From an uncultured Gammaproteobacteria bacterium (lineage in GTDB: Bacteria; Patescibacteriota; Patescibacteriia; UBA11705; DATKZF01), in the NCBI GenBank assembly GCA_964411255.1, contig CAYPKD010000002.1, positions 98,141-162,140 of the forward strand: 64,000 nt of DNA, written 5' to 3'. Shown one piece after another: positions 9,810-19,912 of the stretch (within the stretch, counting starts at the first letter, position 1; every line of letters begins with the position of its first letter). The notes beneath the pieces are model-generated. The model was not told the DNA's origin. It searched no databases and saw nothing but the letters and a program-made list of their open reading frames with translations. A program made the position numbers and the translations under genes.

Positions 9810-11620
9810 TAGGCTATATTGGGAATAAACAAGCACTCCCTATTTTATTAAACGGTCTGCGCCGTTTAGAATACCGCGGCTATGATAGTGCTGGTGTTTG
9901 TTTATATAATTCTGAAGGTTTGGAAAGGGTTAGGCAGGTGGGAAAAATTGAAAGTTTGGTTAATGAAACAAAAAAACATAATTTATCAGGTGATTTTGGA
10001 ATTGCCCATACTCGCTGGGCCACTCATGGTGGAGTTACAGAAGAAAATGCCCATCCTCATTTTGATTGCCAGAACCAAATTGTACTTGCACATAATGGAA
10101 TTATTGAAAACTACAGAGAAATTCAGGACAGATTAAAAAGTAATCACACCTTTAAATCTGAAACAGATTCAGAAATTTTAGCTCATTTAATTGAGGAAAA
10201 TTATAATGGAGATTTTAGACGGGCAGTTGAGGTTTCATTAAAGCAGATTCGTGGAACGTATGGCTTGGCCGTGATGCATAAGAACCATCCAAATACTTTA
10301 ATTGCAGCCAGAATGGGTAGCCCTTTAGTGATTGGATTGGGTGAAAATGAATATTATCTGGCTAGCGATGCTACACCAATGTTGGCTTATACAAAAAAAG
10401 TAATTTTTCTAGAAGACGGAGAATTAGCTGAAATTTCCAGAGAAAATCTTGACGTGTTTAATTTGAAAGACGAGCAGATTACAAAAGATATTCAGGAAAT
10501 TGAGTGGGATGCAGAGCAAGCTCAGAAAGGCGGATTTGATCATTTTATGCTAAAAGAAATTCATGATCAGCCGGCAGTCTTTTTAGATGCTATTAGAGGC
10601 AGGGTGAATAAAGATAATGGTATTGCCCATTTGGGTGGTTTGAACATGACAGAAAATGAGATGAGAAAAATAAACAGAATTGTTTTGATTGCCTGCGGGA
10701 CTGCATCTTATGCGGCAATGGTAGGGAAATATATATTTGAAAGGTTGGCAAACATTCCAACAGAAGTGGACGTGGCAAGTGAATTTCGATATCGAGATCC
10801 TTTAGTTAATGAAAATACTTTAGTGTTTGCCATTTCTCAATCAGGTGAAACAGCAGATACTTTAGCTGCTCTCCGTGAAGCAAAAAGAAAGGGCGCTTAT
10901 GTACGCGGAATAGTAAATGTAATTGGTTCAACCATTGCCAGGGAAACAGACGGTGGTACTTATATGCATGCTGGCCCTGAGTTAGCTGTTGCTTCGACCA
11001 AAGCTTATACAAACATGGTGGCTGTATTATTTTTATATGCTTTACAATTTGGCAGATTGCGTAATTTAACTTTAATAAAAGGTCAGAGATTAATTGATGA
11101 GCTTTTTGAAATTCCGGAGAAAATGAAAAAAGTTTTAAATTTATCTGATCAAATAAAAAACCTGGCTGAAAAATACAGGAATTATATAGATTTTCTTTTT
11201 CTTGGCAGAGGTATTAATTTCCCAGTTTCCCTTGAAGGCTCACATAAGTTAAAAGAAATTTCATATATCCATAGTGAGGCATATCCGGCAGGGGAGATGA
11301 AGCATGGCATGAATGCATTGCTCAGCGAGCAAATGCCAGTGTTTGGTATTATTACCAAAAATCAATTGTATGATAAGATGCGCAGCAATATTGAAGAAGT
11401 GAAAGCACGTAAATCAAAAGTGATTTTATTGGCAAATGAAATGGATGAAAAAGCCAGACAATTGGCAGATGATATTATTTTTATTCCTGAAGCAAATTAT
11501 ATGCTTGAGCCAATATTAAATACCATACCTTTGCAGCTTTTTGCTTATTATGTCGCTACTTTGCTTGGCAGGGATGTGGATAGGCCCAGAAATTTGGCTA
11601 AAAGTGTGACTGTGGAATAG
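9797..11620 (+). CDS. glmS: glutamine--fructose-6-phosphate aminotransferase
   Basis: MCGIVG, LEYRGYDSAG, HTRWATHG, SQSGETADT, PRNLAKSVTVE. Confidence 0.99.
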   Translation: MCGIVGYIGNKQALPILLNGLRRLEYRGYDSAGVCLYNSEGLERVRQVGKIESLVNETKKHNLSGDFGIAHTRWATHGGVTEENAHPHFDCQNQIVLAHNGIIENYREIQDRLKSNHTFKSETDSEILAHLIEENYNGDFRRAVEVSLKQIRGTYGLAVMHKNHPNTLIAARMGSPLVIGLGENEYYLASDATPMLAYTKKVIFLEDGELAEISRENLDVFNLKDEQITKDIQEIEWDAEQAQKGGFDHFMLKEIHDQPAVFLDAIRGRVNKDNGIAHLGGLNMTENEMRKINRIVLIACGTASYAAMVGKYIFERLANIPTEVDVASEFRYRDPLVNENTLVFAISQSGETADTLAALREAKRKGAYVRGIVNVIGSTIARETDGGTYMHAGPELAVASTKAYTNMVAVLFLYALQFGRLRNLTLIKGQRLIDELFEIPEKMKKVLNLSDQIKNLAEKYRNYIDFLFLGRGINFPVSLEGSHKLKEISYIHSEAYPAGEMKHGMNALLSEQMPVFGIITKNQLYDKMRSNIEEVKARKSKVILLANEMDEKARQLADDIIFIPEANYMLEPILNTIPLQLFAYYVATLLGRDVDRPRNLAKSVTVE

Positions 11621-11624
11621 GGAT

Positions 11625-11653
11625 TTGACACTTTTTTTATAGTTTGATATACT
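11625..11653 (+). promoter_or_regulatory. sigma70 promoter of rplJL
   Basis: TTGACA-17 nt-TATACT. Confidence 0.75.
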
Positions 11654-11668
11654 TTTTTTACAATCAAA

Positions 11669-11720
11669 TACCGCAGACAGTAAGGGCCGAAAGGCTTAAA
11701 AATTCAACCTTACCGAGGTA
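11669..11720 (+). promoter_or_regulatory. L10 leader (rplJ autoregulatory RNA)
   Basis: CCGCAGACAGTAAGG-GCCGAAAGGC-TTAA..CCTTACCGAGG matches the remembered L10-leader core; directly upstream of rplJ. Confidence 0.8.
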
Positions 11721-11813
11721 CAAACATTTAGTATTTTGTATTTTTGCGGTATTTTTCCCGCAATTTTTTATTGATATTTATTCGTAATAAATTTATAAAA
11801 TATTTGTAATTTT

Positions 11814-12341
11814 ATGGCACTGACAAAACAACAAAAAGAACAATTAGTAAAGAAATTAATTGAAAATATTAAGAATTCAAAATCTTTTGTGATTTCAGAT
11901 TTTACAGGTTTAACTGTAAATGATACTCAGGAATTGAGAAAACAATGCAAAGAGCAGGGAGTTAAGTTTAATGCAGTTAAAAAGACTTTGTTAACCTTGG
12001 CTTTGGCTGAATTGAAGATTGAAGGAATTGAGCCAAAAGAATTAGAGGGCGGCTTGGCAATTGCTTTAGGAAATGAAGATGAGATTGCGCCGGCAAAAAT
12101 ACTGGCCAACTTTTCAAAAAAACATGAGGAAGTTAAGATTTTAACAGGAGTTTTGGATAGCAAAGTTTTAAACCAGGAAGAGGTTATTGCCTTATCAAAG
12201 ATTCCGTCAAAAGATGAATTATTGGCCAAAGTTGTCGGTAGTATTAATGCTCCAGTATCTGGTTTTGTAAATGTGTTGGCTGGTAATTTAAGAGGCTTGG
12301 TGAATGTTTTGAATTCAATTAAAGACGCAAAGGAAGCATAA
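11814..12341 (+). CDS. rplJ: 50S ribosomal protein L10
   Basis: FTGLTV..ELR..KKTL..LSKIPSKDELLA. Confidence 0.97.
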   Translation: MALTKQQKEQLVKKLIENIKNSKSFVISDFTGLTVNDTQELRKQCKEQGVKFNAVKKTLLTLALAELKIEGIEPKELEGGLAIALGNEDEIAPAKILANFSKKHEEVKILTGVLDSKVLNQEEVIALSKIPSKDELLAKVVGSINAPVSGFVNVLAGNLRGLVNVLNSIKDAKEA

Positions 12342-12491
12342 TCCAGATCGGTAGATCTGTAGATCAGTAGAAATAAAATTAAGTATAATTATTATTAATA
12401 AAATCAGGATAGTAGGCTTAAAGGATTGTAGGATTTTGAAAAAATTTCCTACTAACCTATCGCCCTACCAACCTACCACTCTAAAAAATAT

Positions 12492-12911
12492 ATGGCAGAA
12501 GAAAAAAAGACTGAGGAAAAAAAAGACGTAGAAGTTCCAGAGAAATTTAAAAAATTAGTTGATGAAATTGAAAAAATGTCAATTTTAGATTTGTCTGAAT
12601 TAGTAAAAATTTTAGAAGAAAAATTTGGCGTATCAGCTGCTGCTCCAGTGGCTGCCATGGCCGCTGCTCCTGCTGCAGGAGAAGATGCTGCTGAAGAAAA
12701 ATCAGAATATGATGTTGAATTAGCAGGTGCAGGTGAAAATAAAATTGCAGTTATCAAGGTGGTGAAAGAAATTGCCGGCATTGGATTAAAAGACGCTAAA
12801 GATTTAGTTGACGGTGCACCAAAAGTTGTTAAGGAAAAAGTAAAGAAAGAGGAAGCTGAAGAAATGAAGAAAAAGCTTGAAGAAGCTGGCGCAACAGTAA
12901 ATTTGAAATAA
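12492..12911 (+). CDS. rplL: 50S ribosomal protein L7/L12
   Basis: [40 protein letters not shown]. Confidence 0.98.
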   Translation: MAEEKKTEEKKDVEVPEKFKKLVDEIEKMSILDLSELVKILEEKFGVSAAAPVAAMAAAPAAGEDAAEEKSEYDVELAGAGENKIAVIKVVKEIAGIGLKDAKDLVDGAPKVVKEKVKKEEAEEMKKKLEEAGATVNLK

Positions 12912-12929
12912 ATTCAACTATAAATATAT

Positions 12930-12958
12930 AAAAGCTCTGTATAACGCAGAGTTTTTTT
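12930..12958 (+). terminator. intrinsic terminator after rplL
   Basis: AAAGCTCTGT-ATAAC-GCAGAGTTTTTTT. Confidence 0.75.
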
Positions 12959-13094
12959 GTTTGCTTTGGATTCCATGAATTAAACTACTGCTACGAAGTG
13001 TACAGAAACGTAGATATTGACAAAATGCACTAAATTTGGTTAAAATAGAACCTTAATGTTATTTGACAATCAAACCTTGGCACAGGAGCGTTAA

Positions 13095-16000
13095 ATGCCG
13101 AAAATGGCCAGAAATTACGCATATTATGATTGCTGGCAAAAGGCTAGTATAGCTCTATTAATACTTGATATTCGAAGCAAAGAGGAATATGAAAATCGTT
13201 ATGAAGAGGATTCTTGTCTGCCAATTGATCCAGAAAAATTTTATCCGGGTTTTCCAGGTTGGGACCAATTTCTTGCTCAGGAAGAATTAGCTGTTCCAAA
13301 AGAACTTTCAGACAGAGCTGAACCTGAAAAAGAAAAGATTCAAAGGCCAGAAAGATATGCTACCTGGCAGCAAGCCAGTGAAGCTGTAAAGGTGCTTGGA
13401 ATTAAAAGTAGGACTCAATATAATAGAAGATATAGAGAAGATCCAATGCTGCCATCATCTCTTAATAACTCTTATCCAGATTTTCCTGGAGCAGAAATAT
13501 TTTTTGGTGTAAAAAATGAAGGGAAAAGAAAAAAGAATTTTTATCCTACATGGCAGCAAGCAAGTCAGGCAGTTCAGAAATTAGGTGTTAAAAGTTCATC
13601 ACATTATTTGAGGTCGTATAAACAAGATGATAGGCTGCCTTCTGCTCCACGCACATACTATAAAGATTTTCCCGGCTGGGATAAATTTTTAGGAAGAGAT
13701 GAAGTTAAAAAAGAGCAAATTCAGCCACCTGAAAGATATGCTACTTGGCAGCAAGCCAGTGAAGCAGTAAAAAAACTTGGCATTACAAGTTGGCATCAAT
13801 ATCACAGGCGGTATAGAGAAGATCCAAAGCTTGGTTCAAATCCAAATATTTTATATGAAGATTTTCCTGGAGCTGAAATTTTCTTTGGAGTAAAACGAAA
13901 ACCCAGGAAGAAAAAGAATTATTATTCCAGTTGGCAGGAAGCAGGCAAAGCAGCACAGATGCTGGGTATTAAGAGCTCACTTCAATATGTTCGCAAATAC
14001 AAACAAGATATCAGATTGCCTTCAAATCCAAATGTTAAATATAAAGATTTTCCAGGCTGGGATGTATTTTTAGGCAAAGCAGAAATTGAAGAGCAAACTG
14101 TTGAGACAGAATATTATGCCACCTGGCAGCTGGCCAGCAAGGCAGCTGTCAATCTTGGTATTAAAAGTCTTGTTAGCTATTGCTCAGGTGCGTATATGGA
14201 AGATGATAAATTGCATCCAGATCCGCAGACATTTTATGAAGACTTTCCTGGTTGGAAAAAGTTTTTGGGAATTAAGGGAAAAAAGAAAAAAGGGAATGAA
14301 AAAAAATACTCAACTTGGCAGGAAGCAAGTATGGCTGCTAAAAAGTTAGGTATTAAAACATCTACCCAATACTGTATAGAAAAAAGATATAAGCAGGACT
14401 TGAGATTGCCATCCAGTCCTCAAACCTATTATTCAGATTTCCCAGGCTGGGGTGTCTTTTTAGGAACGCATGAAGTAAAAGGCGCTGCAGTGGCTAGAAG
14501 GAAGAAAAAAAAGTATCCCACTTGGCAGCAAGCAAGCAAAGCAGCTCGAAGACTTGGGATCAGCAGCTCGACTGAATATATGCGTGGGAAAGCATATAAA
14601 AAAGATTCACTTCTACCATCAAATCCGCAACAGTATTATCATGATTTTCCAGGCTGGGGTGAATTTTTAGGAACAAATAATAAGCGAGGTGCACCTAGAA
14701 AAAATTTTTATCCTACTTGGCAGCAGGCAAGAAATGCAGCATTGAAGCTGGGGATCACCGCTTCCACTGGATATATCAATGCAGAACAGTATAAGTTTGA
14801 CCGACGATTGCCTTCTAACCCTCAGCTCTATTACGAAGATTTTCCTGGTTGGAAAAAATTTTTAACTCCAGAAGTTAAAAGTGTAGAAATAACTGATCAA
14901 ATGGCTGCATCTATTGAAAAAGGATTAGATAAGAAAGATGGATTTGCTTCACAAAAGAGTAGTGATGTAAAAAGGCCTAAAAATGGATATTATGAGGACT
15001 GGGAAACTGCCTCTCGTGCTGCAATAAAGCTTGGTATTACGACTCAAGAGCAGTATGAAAATAATTGTCATAAAGATTCTAGATTGCCGAAAAAACCAAA
15101 GCTTTGTTATTCTGAGTTTAAGGATTGGGATGAATTTGAAAAAATGGCTCAAAATGAATATTATTCTACTTGGCAGGAAGCTAGCGAAGCAGTTCAAAAC
15201 ATGGGAATTAAATCCTGGAGTGAATATTCTGTACGGCAGAACGAAGATGAAATGTTACCTTTGCATCCTGACAAAGAATATGAAGATTTCCCAGGATGGA
15301 GAATTTATCTTGGAAAAGAAAATGATACTCAAAATGGTTTAAGTTACAAAAAAGACAAAAGAAAGAGTGGCAAGAATTTATATCCTACTTGGAAAGAAGC
15401 AAGCAAGATCGTGAGAGAAATGGGTATAAAGACTTCTAAACAATATCGAGACAGGTATAAAGAAGATCCAAGGCTGCCATCAACTCCTGAGAGATATTAT
15501 AAAGATTTCCCAGATTGGGATAAATTTTTTGTCAGAGAAAAAAATAAAAAATACACTACTTGGCAAGAGGCCAGTGAGGCTGCACGAAAATTGAATATAA
15601 AAAGGCGGGAAGATTATTTCAAAGAATATGAGAGAGATCCTAGGTTACACAAATATCCAGCAGACATATATAAAGATTTTCCAGGATGGCGCGTTTTTCT
15701 TAATAATAGAAGACCTCGCTATGCTACCTGGCAGGAAGCAAGTCAGGCAACAATTAGATTAGAAATTTCCAGCCGAGACGAATATTTGAAAAGATATACA
15801 GAAGATGAGAAGTTAAGGTGTGCTCCATATCAAGTATATGAAGATTTTCCAGGATGGAGAGTTTATTTGGGCAAAGCTGAGAAGGAATCAAAGGAAGATA
15901 AAGAACAAGAGAGAACAGGGGATGATAATGTGAGTAAGCGAAGAAAACGGGAAGATATGTATCAAACCTGGCAAGAAGCTGCAGTAGCAGCTCAAAAGGT

Positions 16001-17522
16001 TGGAATAAAAAGCGAAAAAGAATATAGAAAAAGATATAAATCTGATCAAAAGTTGCCTAGCTCTCCAGAAACAATATATTTAGATTTTCCAGGTTATGGA
16101 ATTTTTTTAAGCAATGTGAGTAAACGAAGAAAACGGGAAAATATGTATCCTACCTGGCAAGAAGCTGCAGTAGCAGCTCAAAGATTGGGAATAAAAAATA
16201 GAAGAGATTATGGAAAAAAATACAAACTTAATCAAAGGCTACCCTGTGACCCTTCCAGCGTTTATATGAATTTTCCAGGTTATGAAATTTTTTTAGGTAA
16301 TGTAGGTAAGCGAAGAACACGGAAAAACTTATATCAAACCTGGCAAGAAGCTTCAGCAGCAACTCAGAGGCTTGGAATAAAAACTCAAATAGAATATAGA
16401 AAGAGGTATAAATCTGATCAAAAGTTGCCTAGCTCTCCAGACACATTATATTTTGATTTTCCAGGATGGCGAGTTTATTTAGGAAAAGTTGATAAAGAAT
16501 TAAATGAAACCGAAAAAACAGACAGAACAGGAGGTGACGATGTGAGTAAACGCAGAAAACGGCAAGACTTATATCAAACCTGGCAGGAAGCAGCCGTGGC
16601 TGCTCATAGGCTGGGAATAAAAAGCAGAAGCGAATATAGAAAGAAATATAGGTCTAATCAAAAATTGCCTGGAGCTCCTGACAACTTCTACAAGGATTTC
16701 CCCGGATGGAAAGTGTTTTTAGATGAAACTTCTTTAAATTACTATCCAACCTGGCAGGAAGCCAGTGAGTCTGCGCAGAAGTTGAAGATTCAAACCAGTA
16801 CAGAATATGAACAAAGGTATAATTTGAACAGCCGATTGCCAGCTGATCCTTCTGTCTACTATAAAGATTTTCCAGGTTGGATTATCTTTCTAAACGTAGA
16901 GAAAAAGGATTATTATCTTACCTGGCAGGAAGCCAGCGCAGCAGCGCAGAAAATGATGATTTTTAGTGAAAGCCAATATAAAATGGTTTATAAGGCTGAT
17001 CCAAGGTTGCCTTCAACTCCAGATAAGTTTTATGATGATTTTCCCAGTTGGTTGATATTTTTAGGCAAAGTTGATGCAGATTCATTAGTATTAATGCCGC
17101 ATGAAAAAATGGTAAAGCCAAATTATGATCAAATGGTTGAAATGCTTGAGGGAACAAATAAGTTTTTACCAGTTAATGAATTATTCAGATATTCGGGGAT
17201 AATATTAGCAAGTAAATCTGATACAGCCGTTGATGATATGATGCTCGATTTGTTGCGGGTTAAAATAACTACAGCAATTTATAAAGTATTTGAGATCAAC
17301 ATGTGTTCAGTTGAGGTGAAAAAGTATGATGATAAGTATCGCATTGACATTGTGTTTGGCAAGCTTCAAGTTGGAGCAACATCTGTCAGCACTGAAGTGC
17401 AGATACCGCTAGGATTTCCGCATAATGCTGTATTGTATTTAGAGGCGATTGATCCTGTCCTAAAGCAAGAATTACCAGATTTTGAGTTTAATGAAATAGT
17501 GGTTTTCATAGGTGAGTCATGA
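13095..17522 (+). CDS. large tandem-repeat protein (20 INT_rpt-like ~52-aa units plus C-terminal unknown domain)
   Basis: Consensus Y-x-TWQEAS-x-AA-x2-LGI-x4-EY-x3-Y-x2-D-x2-LPS-x-P-x3-Y-x-DFPGW-x2-FLG counted 20 times; SD AGGAG, TTGACA at 13017. Confidence 0.88.
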   Translation: MPKMARNYAYYDCWQKASIALLILDIRSKEEYENRYEEDSCLPIDPEKFYPGFPGWDQFLAQEELAVPKELSDRAEPEKEKIQRPERYATWQQASEAVKVLGIKSRTQYNRRYREDPMLPSSLNNSYPDFPGAEIFFGVKNEGKRKKNFYPTWQQASQAVQKLGVKSSSHYLRSYKQDDRLPSAPRTYYKDFPGWDKFLGRDEVKKEQIQPPERYATWQQASEAVKKLGITSWHQYHRRYREDPKLGSNPNILYEDFPGAEIFFGVKRKPRKKKNYYSSWQEAGKAAQMLGIKSSLQYVRKYKQDIRLPSNPNVKYKDFPGWDVFLGKAEIEEQTVETEYYATWQLASKAAVNLGIKSLVSYCSGAYMEDDKLHPDPQTFYEDFPGWKKFLGIKGKKKKGNEKKYSTWQEASMAAKKLGIKTSTQYCIEKRYKQDLRLPSSPQTYYSDFPGWGVFLGTHEVKGAAVARRKKKKYPTWQQASKAARRLGISSSTEYMRGKAYKKDSLLPSNPQQYYHDFPGWGEFLGTNNKRGAPRKNFYPTWQQARNAALKLGITASTGYINAEQYKFDRRLPSNPQLYYEDFPGWKKFLTPEVKSVEITDQMAASIEKGLDKKDGFASQKSSDVKRPKNGYYEDWETASRAAIKLGITTQEQYENNCHKDSRLPKKPKLCYSEFKDWDEFEKMAQNEYYSTWQEASEAVQNMGIKSWSEYSVRQNEDEMLPLHPDKEYEDFPGWRIYLGKENDTQNGLSYKKDKRKSGKNLYPTWKEASKIVREMGIKTSKQYRDRYKEDPRLPSTPERYYKDFPDWDKFFVREKNKKYTTWQEASEAARKLNIKRREDYFKEYERDPRLHKYPADIYKDFPGWRVFLNNRRPRYATWQEASQATIRLEISSRDEYLKRYTEDEKLRCAPYQVYEDFPGWRVYLGKAEKESKEDKEQERTGDDNVSKRRKREDMYQTWQEAAVAAQKVGIKSEKEYRKRYKSDQKLPSSPETIYLDFPGYGIFLSNVSKRRKRENMYPTWQEAAVAAQRLGIKNRRDYGKKYKLNQRLPCDPSSVYMNFPGYEIFLGNVGKRRTRKNLYQTWQEASAATQRLGIKTQIEYRKRYKSDQKLPSSPDTLYFDFPGWRVYLGKVDKELNETEKTDRTGGDDVSKRRKRQDLYQTWQEAAVAAHRLGIKSRSEYRKKYRSNQKLPGAPDNFYKDFPGWKVFLDETSLNYYPTWQEASESAQKLKIQTSTEYEQRYNLNSRLPADPSVYYKDFPGWIIFLNVEKKDYYLTWQEASAAAQKMMIFSESQYKMVYKADPRLPSTPDKFYDDFPSWLIFLGKVDADSLVLMPHEKMVKPNYDQMVEMLEGTNKFLPVNELFRYSGIILASKSDTAVDDMMLDLLRVKITTAIYKVFEINMCSVEVKKYDDKYRIDIVFGKLQVGATSVSTEVQIPLGFPHNAVLYLEAIDPVLKQELPDFEFNEIVVFIGES

Positions 17523-17544
17523 CTTAATAAGTCGTGGCTTTTTT
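17514..17544 (+). terminator. intrinsic terminator
   Basis: AGTCATGACTT-AAT-AAGTCGTGGCT-TTTTT. Confidence 0.75.
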
Positions 17545-17563
17545 ATTTGTAAAAACAGATCAA

Positions 17564-17588
17564 CCCCTCGACTTCGCTCGGGGCAGGC
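17564..17588. repeat. short REP-like palindromic element
   Basis: CCCCTCGACTTCGCTCGGGGCAGGC; related copies at 19913-19960. Confidence 0.6.
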
Positions 17589-17747
17589 AGATCAGCAACA
17601 GATATAAAACTTTATCAAAAAGGTGAGTTATTTGACTAAATTTAGGTAAATTTTATTAAAACAACTATAATATTGACAAAATAATAAAAATAGGCTAAAC
17701 TCTAATGTTACTGATATTTGACAAATTACGCATTCAGGAGGAAAAGA

Positions 17748-19862
17748 ATGCCAAAGACGCAGAAAAAGAGCAGAAAAAGCAAAGCAGATTTTTACCCAAC
17801 CTGGCAGGAAGCAGGTGCAGCAGCACAGAAATTAGGTATACGTACTTTGGGCGAGTATAATATTCGTTATCATGAAGATCCTCGTTTGCCATCAAACGCT
17901 TATGAGGTTTACGGTGAAGATTTCCCTGGAATGAAGGTTTTTCTGGGTGAAGCTTATAAGCCAAGAAATCGGAGTGTGAAAAGGCACTTTTACCGAACGT
18001 GGAAAGAAGCAGCGCAAGGAGCTGCTAATTTGGGCATTATGTCCAGAAGGCATTATAGCGGTAAATACCGTGATGATCCTTGGCTGCCTTCTCAGCCACA
18101 TCGCCAGTATAAGGATTTCCCTGGCTGGGATGAGTTCATGAGAACTGTCCAGCAGATTCGGGAAGAAAATGCCAAGAAAGAGGGTAAGATTGTCAAAAAG
18201 GATTATTATCCCACTTGCAAGCAGGCAAGTGACGCTGCCCAAAAGCTTGGCATCATGTCGCTTCGCGAATATCAAAGGCGTTATAAAGAAGATCCTCGTT
18301 TGCCTTCAACTCCTTCTGTCAAGTACAAAAATTTCCCAGGCTGGATTATTTTTCTTGGCAAAGACAAGGATGTCGCAGAAGAAAAATCGAAGAAGGATAA
18401 GCCTAAGCAGGATACGCCTAAGCTTGATAAACCCAAACTGGACAAGCCTAAGCAGGATAAGATCAAGAGGCGTAAAAATTATTTGACCTGGCAAGAAGCT
18501 GCAAAAGCAGTTGCTAAGCTGAATATCACCAGTATGCCAGAATACCAGAAACGCTGGAAAGAAGATCCTCGTCTGCCTGGCAATTTGTATGGCAGTTATA
18601 AGGACTTTCCTGGTACTGAAAAGTTCTTTGGCTTTGCAGCTTCTATCAAAGAGGCAGAATCAGAGCCAGAGGAAAATATGGCTGAGCCTGAAGAGGTAGA
18701 GGCTGCAACGTATTCAACTTGGCAGGCTGCTGCAGAAGCAGCAGCTGAGCTGGATATTATGACTCGTGAAGAGTACATAAAGGCTCATAGTGAAGATCCA
18801 AAATTGCCTGCTGACCCTGAAGCAGATTATGAGGATTTTCCTGGCTGGGACACTTTCTGTCAGTCTGCTGAAAAAGCCAGTACTGCGCAAAAGTCTGCTC
18901 CAAAGAAAAAGGGAAAGAAAAAGATCTACCAATCTTGGAAAGCTGCCAGTAGAGCCTGCCGAAGACTTGGCATCACCACTCGAGCTGAATATTTGAAAAG
19001 GTATAAAGAAAATCCCATGCTGCCTTCTCATCCTGAGAGAAGTTATAGGGATTGGCCAGGCTGGTCTGCTTTTTTCAATGGCGAGAGAGAAAGCAGGCCC
19101 AGGTTCCCGCCCAGAAGGAAATTCTATCCGACCTGGCAGGAAGCTCGAGAAGCTTGTCGTCGGCTGGATATTAGGGAACGCAAAGAATATGTAATTAGGT
19201 ACAGAGAAGATGAATTTCTTAACTCCAAACCTGAGCGATATTACGAGGATTTTCCTGGCTGGGATATCTTTCTTGCTCCAGTAGGAAAAGATCCGGCTGA
19301 AAAGGCTGCTAAGCCTACAAAGGCAAAGAAGCCTGAAAAGGCCGTATCGAAAAAGGCAACACCGAAAAAGGCTAAGCCCAAGGCAGTTGAGCCAGCTGAT
19401 CAGCCTGAAAAGGTTGAGGCAGAGCCTGGTGAAAAAGCAAAGAGCAAATTGGATTGGTTTGAGACTCTGGCTGAACCCTTGGCTGCAATAGAAGACTGGG
19501 ATGGTCAGCTGCTAACTTTACCGCCAAATTGGGTTTTTGTCTATTCAGGGGTTTTCAAGGCCGTTTCTGATGTAATGCTTGATGAACTGCTGTTGCAAAA
19601 TGCACGTTTGCAGATCATCATGAGCATGCACAAGGTATTTGGCCTGAATTTCTGTGAGGCAAATATCAGAAAAATCAAGGATGATTATCGACTTGATATT
19701 TCCTTTGCCAATATCTCAGGCAAAGGTGTTAATACCAATTTGGTACGCCCACTAGGCTATCCGTATTCAAGTATTCTGTTCACTGAAGTCATTCAGAAAG
19801 TGGCAGAAGAAGATTTTTCAGACTTTGTATTTTGGGAATGTTTGGTTTTCACCAAACGATAA
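17748..19862 (+). CDS. tandem-repeat protein (7 INT_rpt-like units plus the same C-terminal domain)
   Basis: 7 repeats; C-terminus aligns with that of 13095-17522; start set at ATG 17748 after AGGAGG; TTGACA-17-TAAACT at 17673-17701. Confidence 0.88.
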   Translation: MPKTQKKSRKSKADFYPTWQEAGAAAQKLGIRTLGEYNIRYHEDPRLPSNAYEVYGEDFPGMKVFLGEAYKPRNRSVKRHFYRTWKEAAQGAANLGIMSRRHYSGKYRDDPWLPSQPHRQYKDFPGWDEFMRTVQQIREENAKKEGKIVKKDYYPTCKQASDAAQKLGIMSLREYQRRYKEDPRLPSTPSVKYKNFPGWIIFLGKDKDVAEEKSKKDKPKQDTPKLDKPKLDKPKQDKIKRRKNYLTWQEAAKAVAKLNITSMPEYQKRWKEDPRLPGNLYGSYKDFPGTEKFFGFAASIKEAESEPEENMAEPEEVEAATYSTWQAAAEAAAELDIMTREEYIKAHSEDPKLPADPEADYEDFPGWDTFCQSAEKASTAQKSAPKKKGKKKIYQSWKAASRACRRLGITTRAEYLKRYKENPMLPSHPERSYRDWPGWSAFFNGERESRPRFPPRRKFYPTWQEAREACRRLDIRERKEYVIRYREDEFLNSKPERYYEDFPGWDIFLAPVGKDPAEKAAKPTKAKKPEKAVSKKATPKKAKPKAVEPADQPEKVEAEPGEKAKSKLDWFETLAEPLAAIEDWDGQLLTLPPNWVFVYSGVFKAVSDVMLDELLLQNARLQIIMSMHKVFGLNFCEANIRKIKDDYRLDISFANISGKGVNTNLVRPLGYPYSSILFTEVIQKVAEEDFSDFVFWECLVFTKR
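18396..18461 (+). repeat. 15-nt coding tandem repeat (DKPKQ/DKPKL x4)
   Basis: gataagcctaagcag gatacgcctaagctt gataaacccaaactg gacaagcctaagcag. Confidence 0.8.
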
Positions 19863-19891
19863 GTCATGATTTAATTAATCGTGGCTTTTTT
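19861..19891 (+). terminator. intrinsic terminator, homologous to 17514-17544
   Basis: AAGTCATGATT-TAATT-AATCGTGGCTT-TTTT. Confidence 0.75.
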
Positions 19892-19912
19892 ATTATTTGT
19901 TACAAGATAATA

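Noticed and set aside
13095-19862. CRISPR array or DGR template/variable repeats
   Set aside because: Repeats are in-frame protein repeats with synonymous variation; no cas gene or reverse transcriptase and no adenine-specific mismatch pattern noticed
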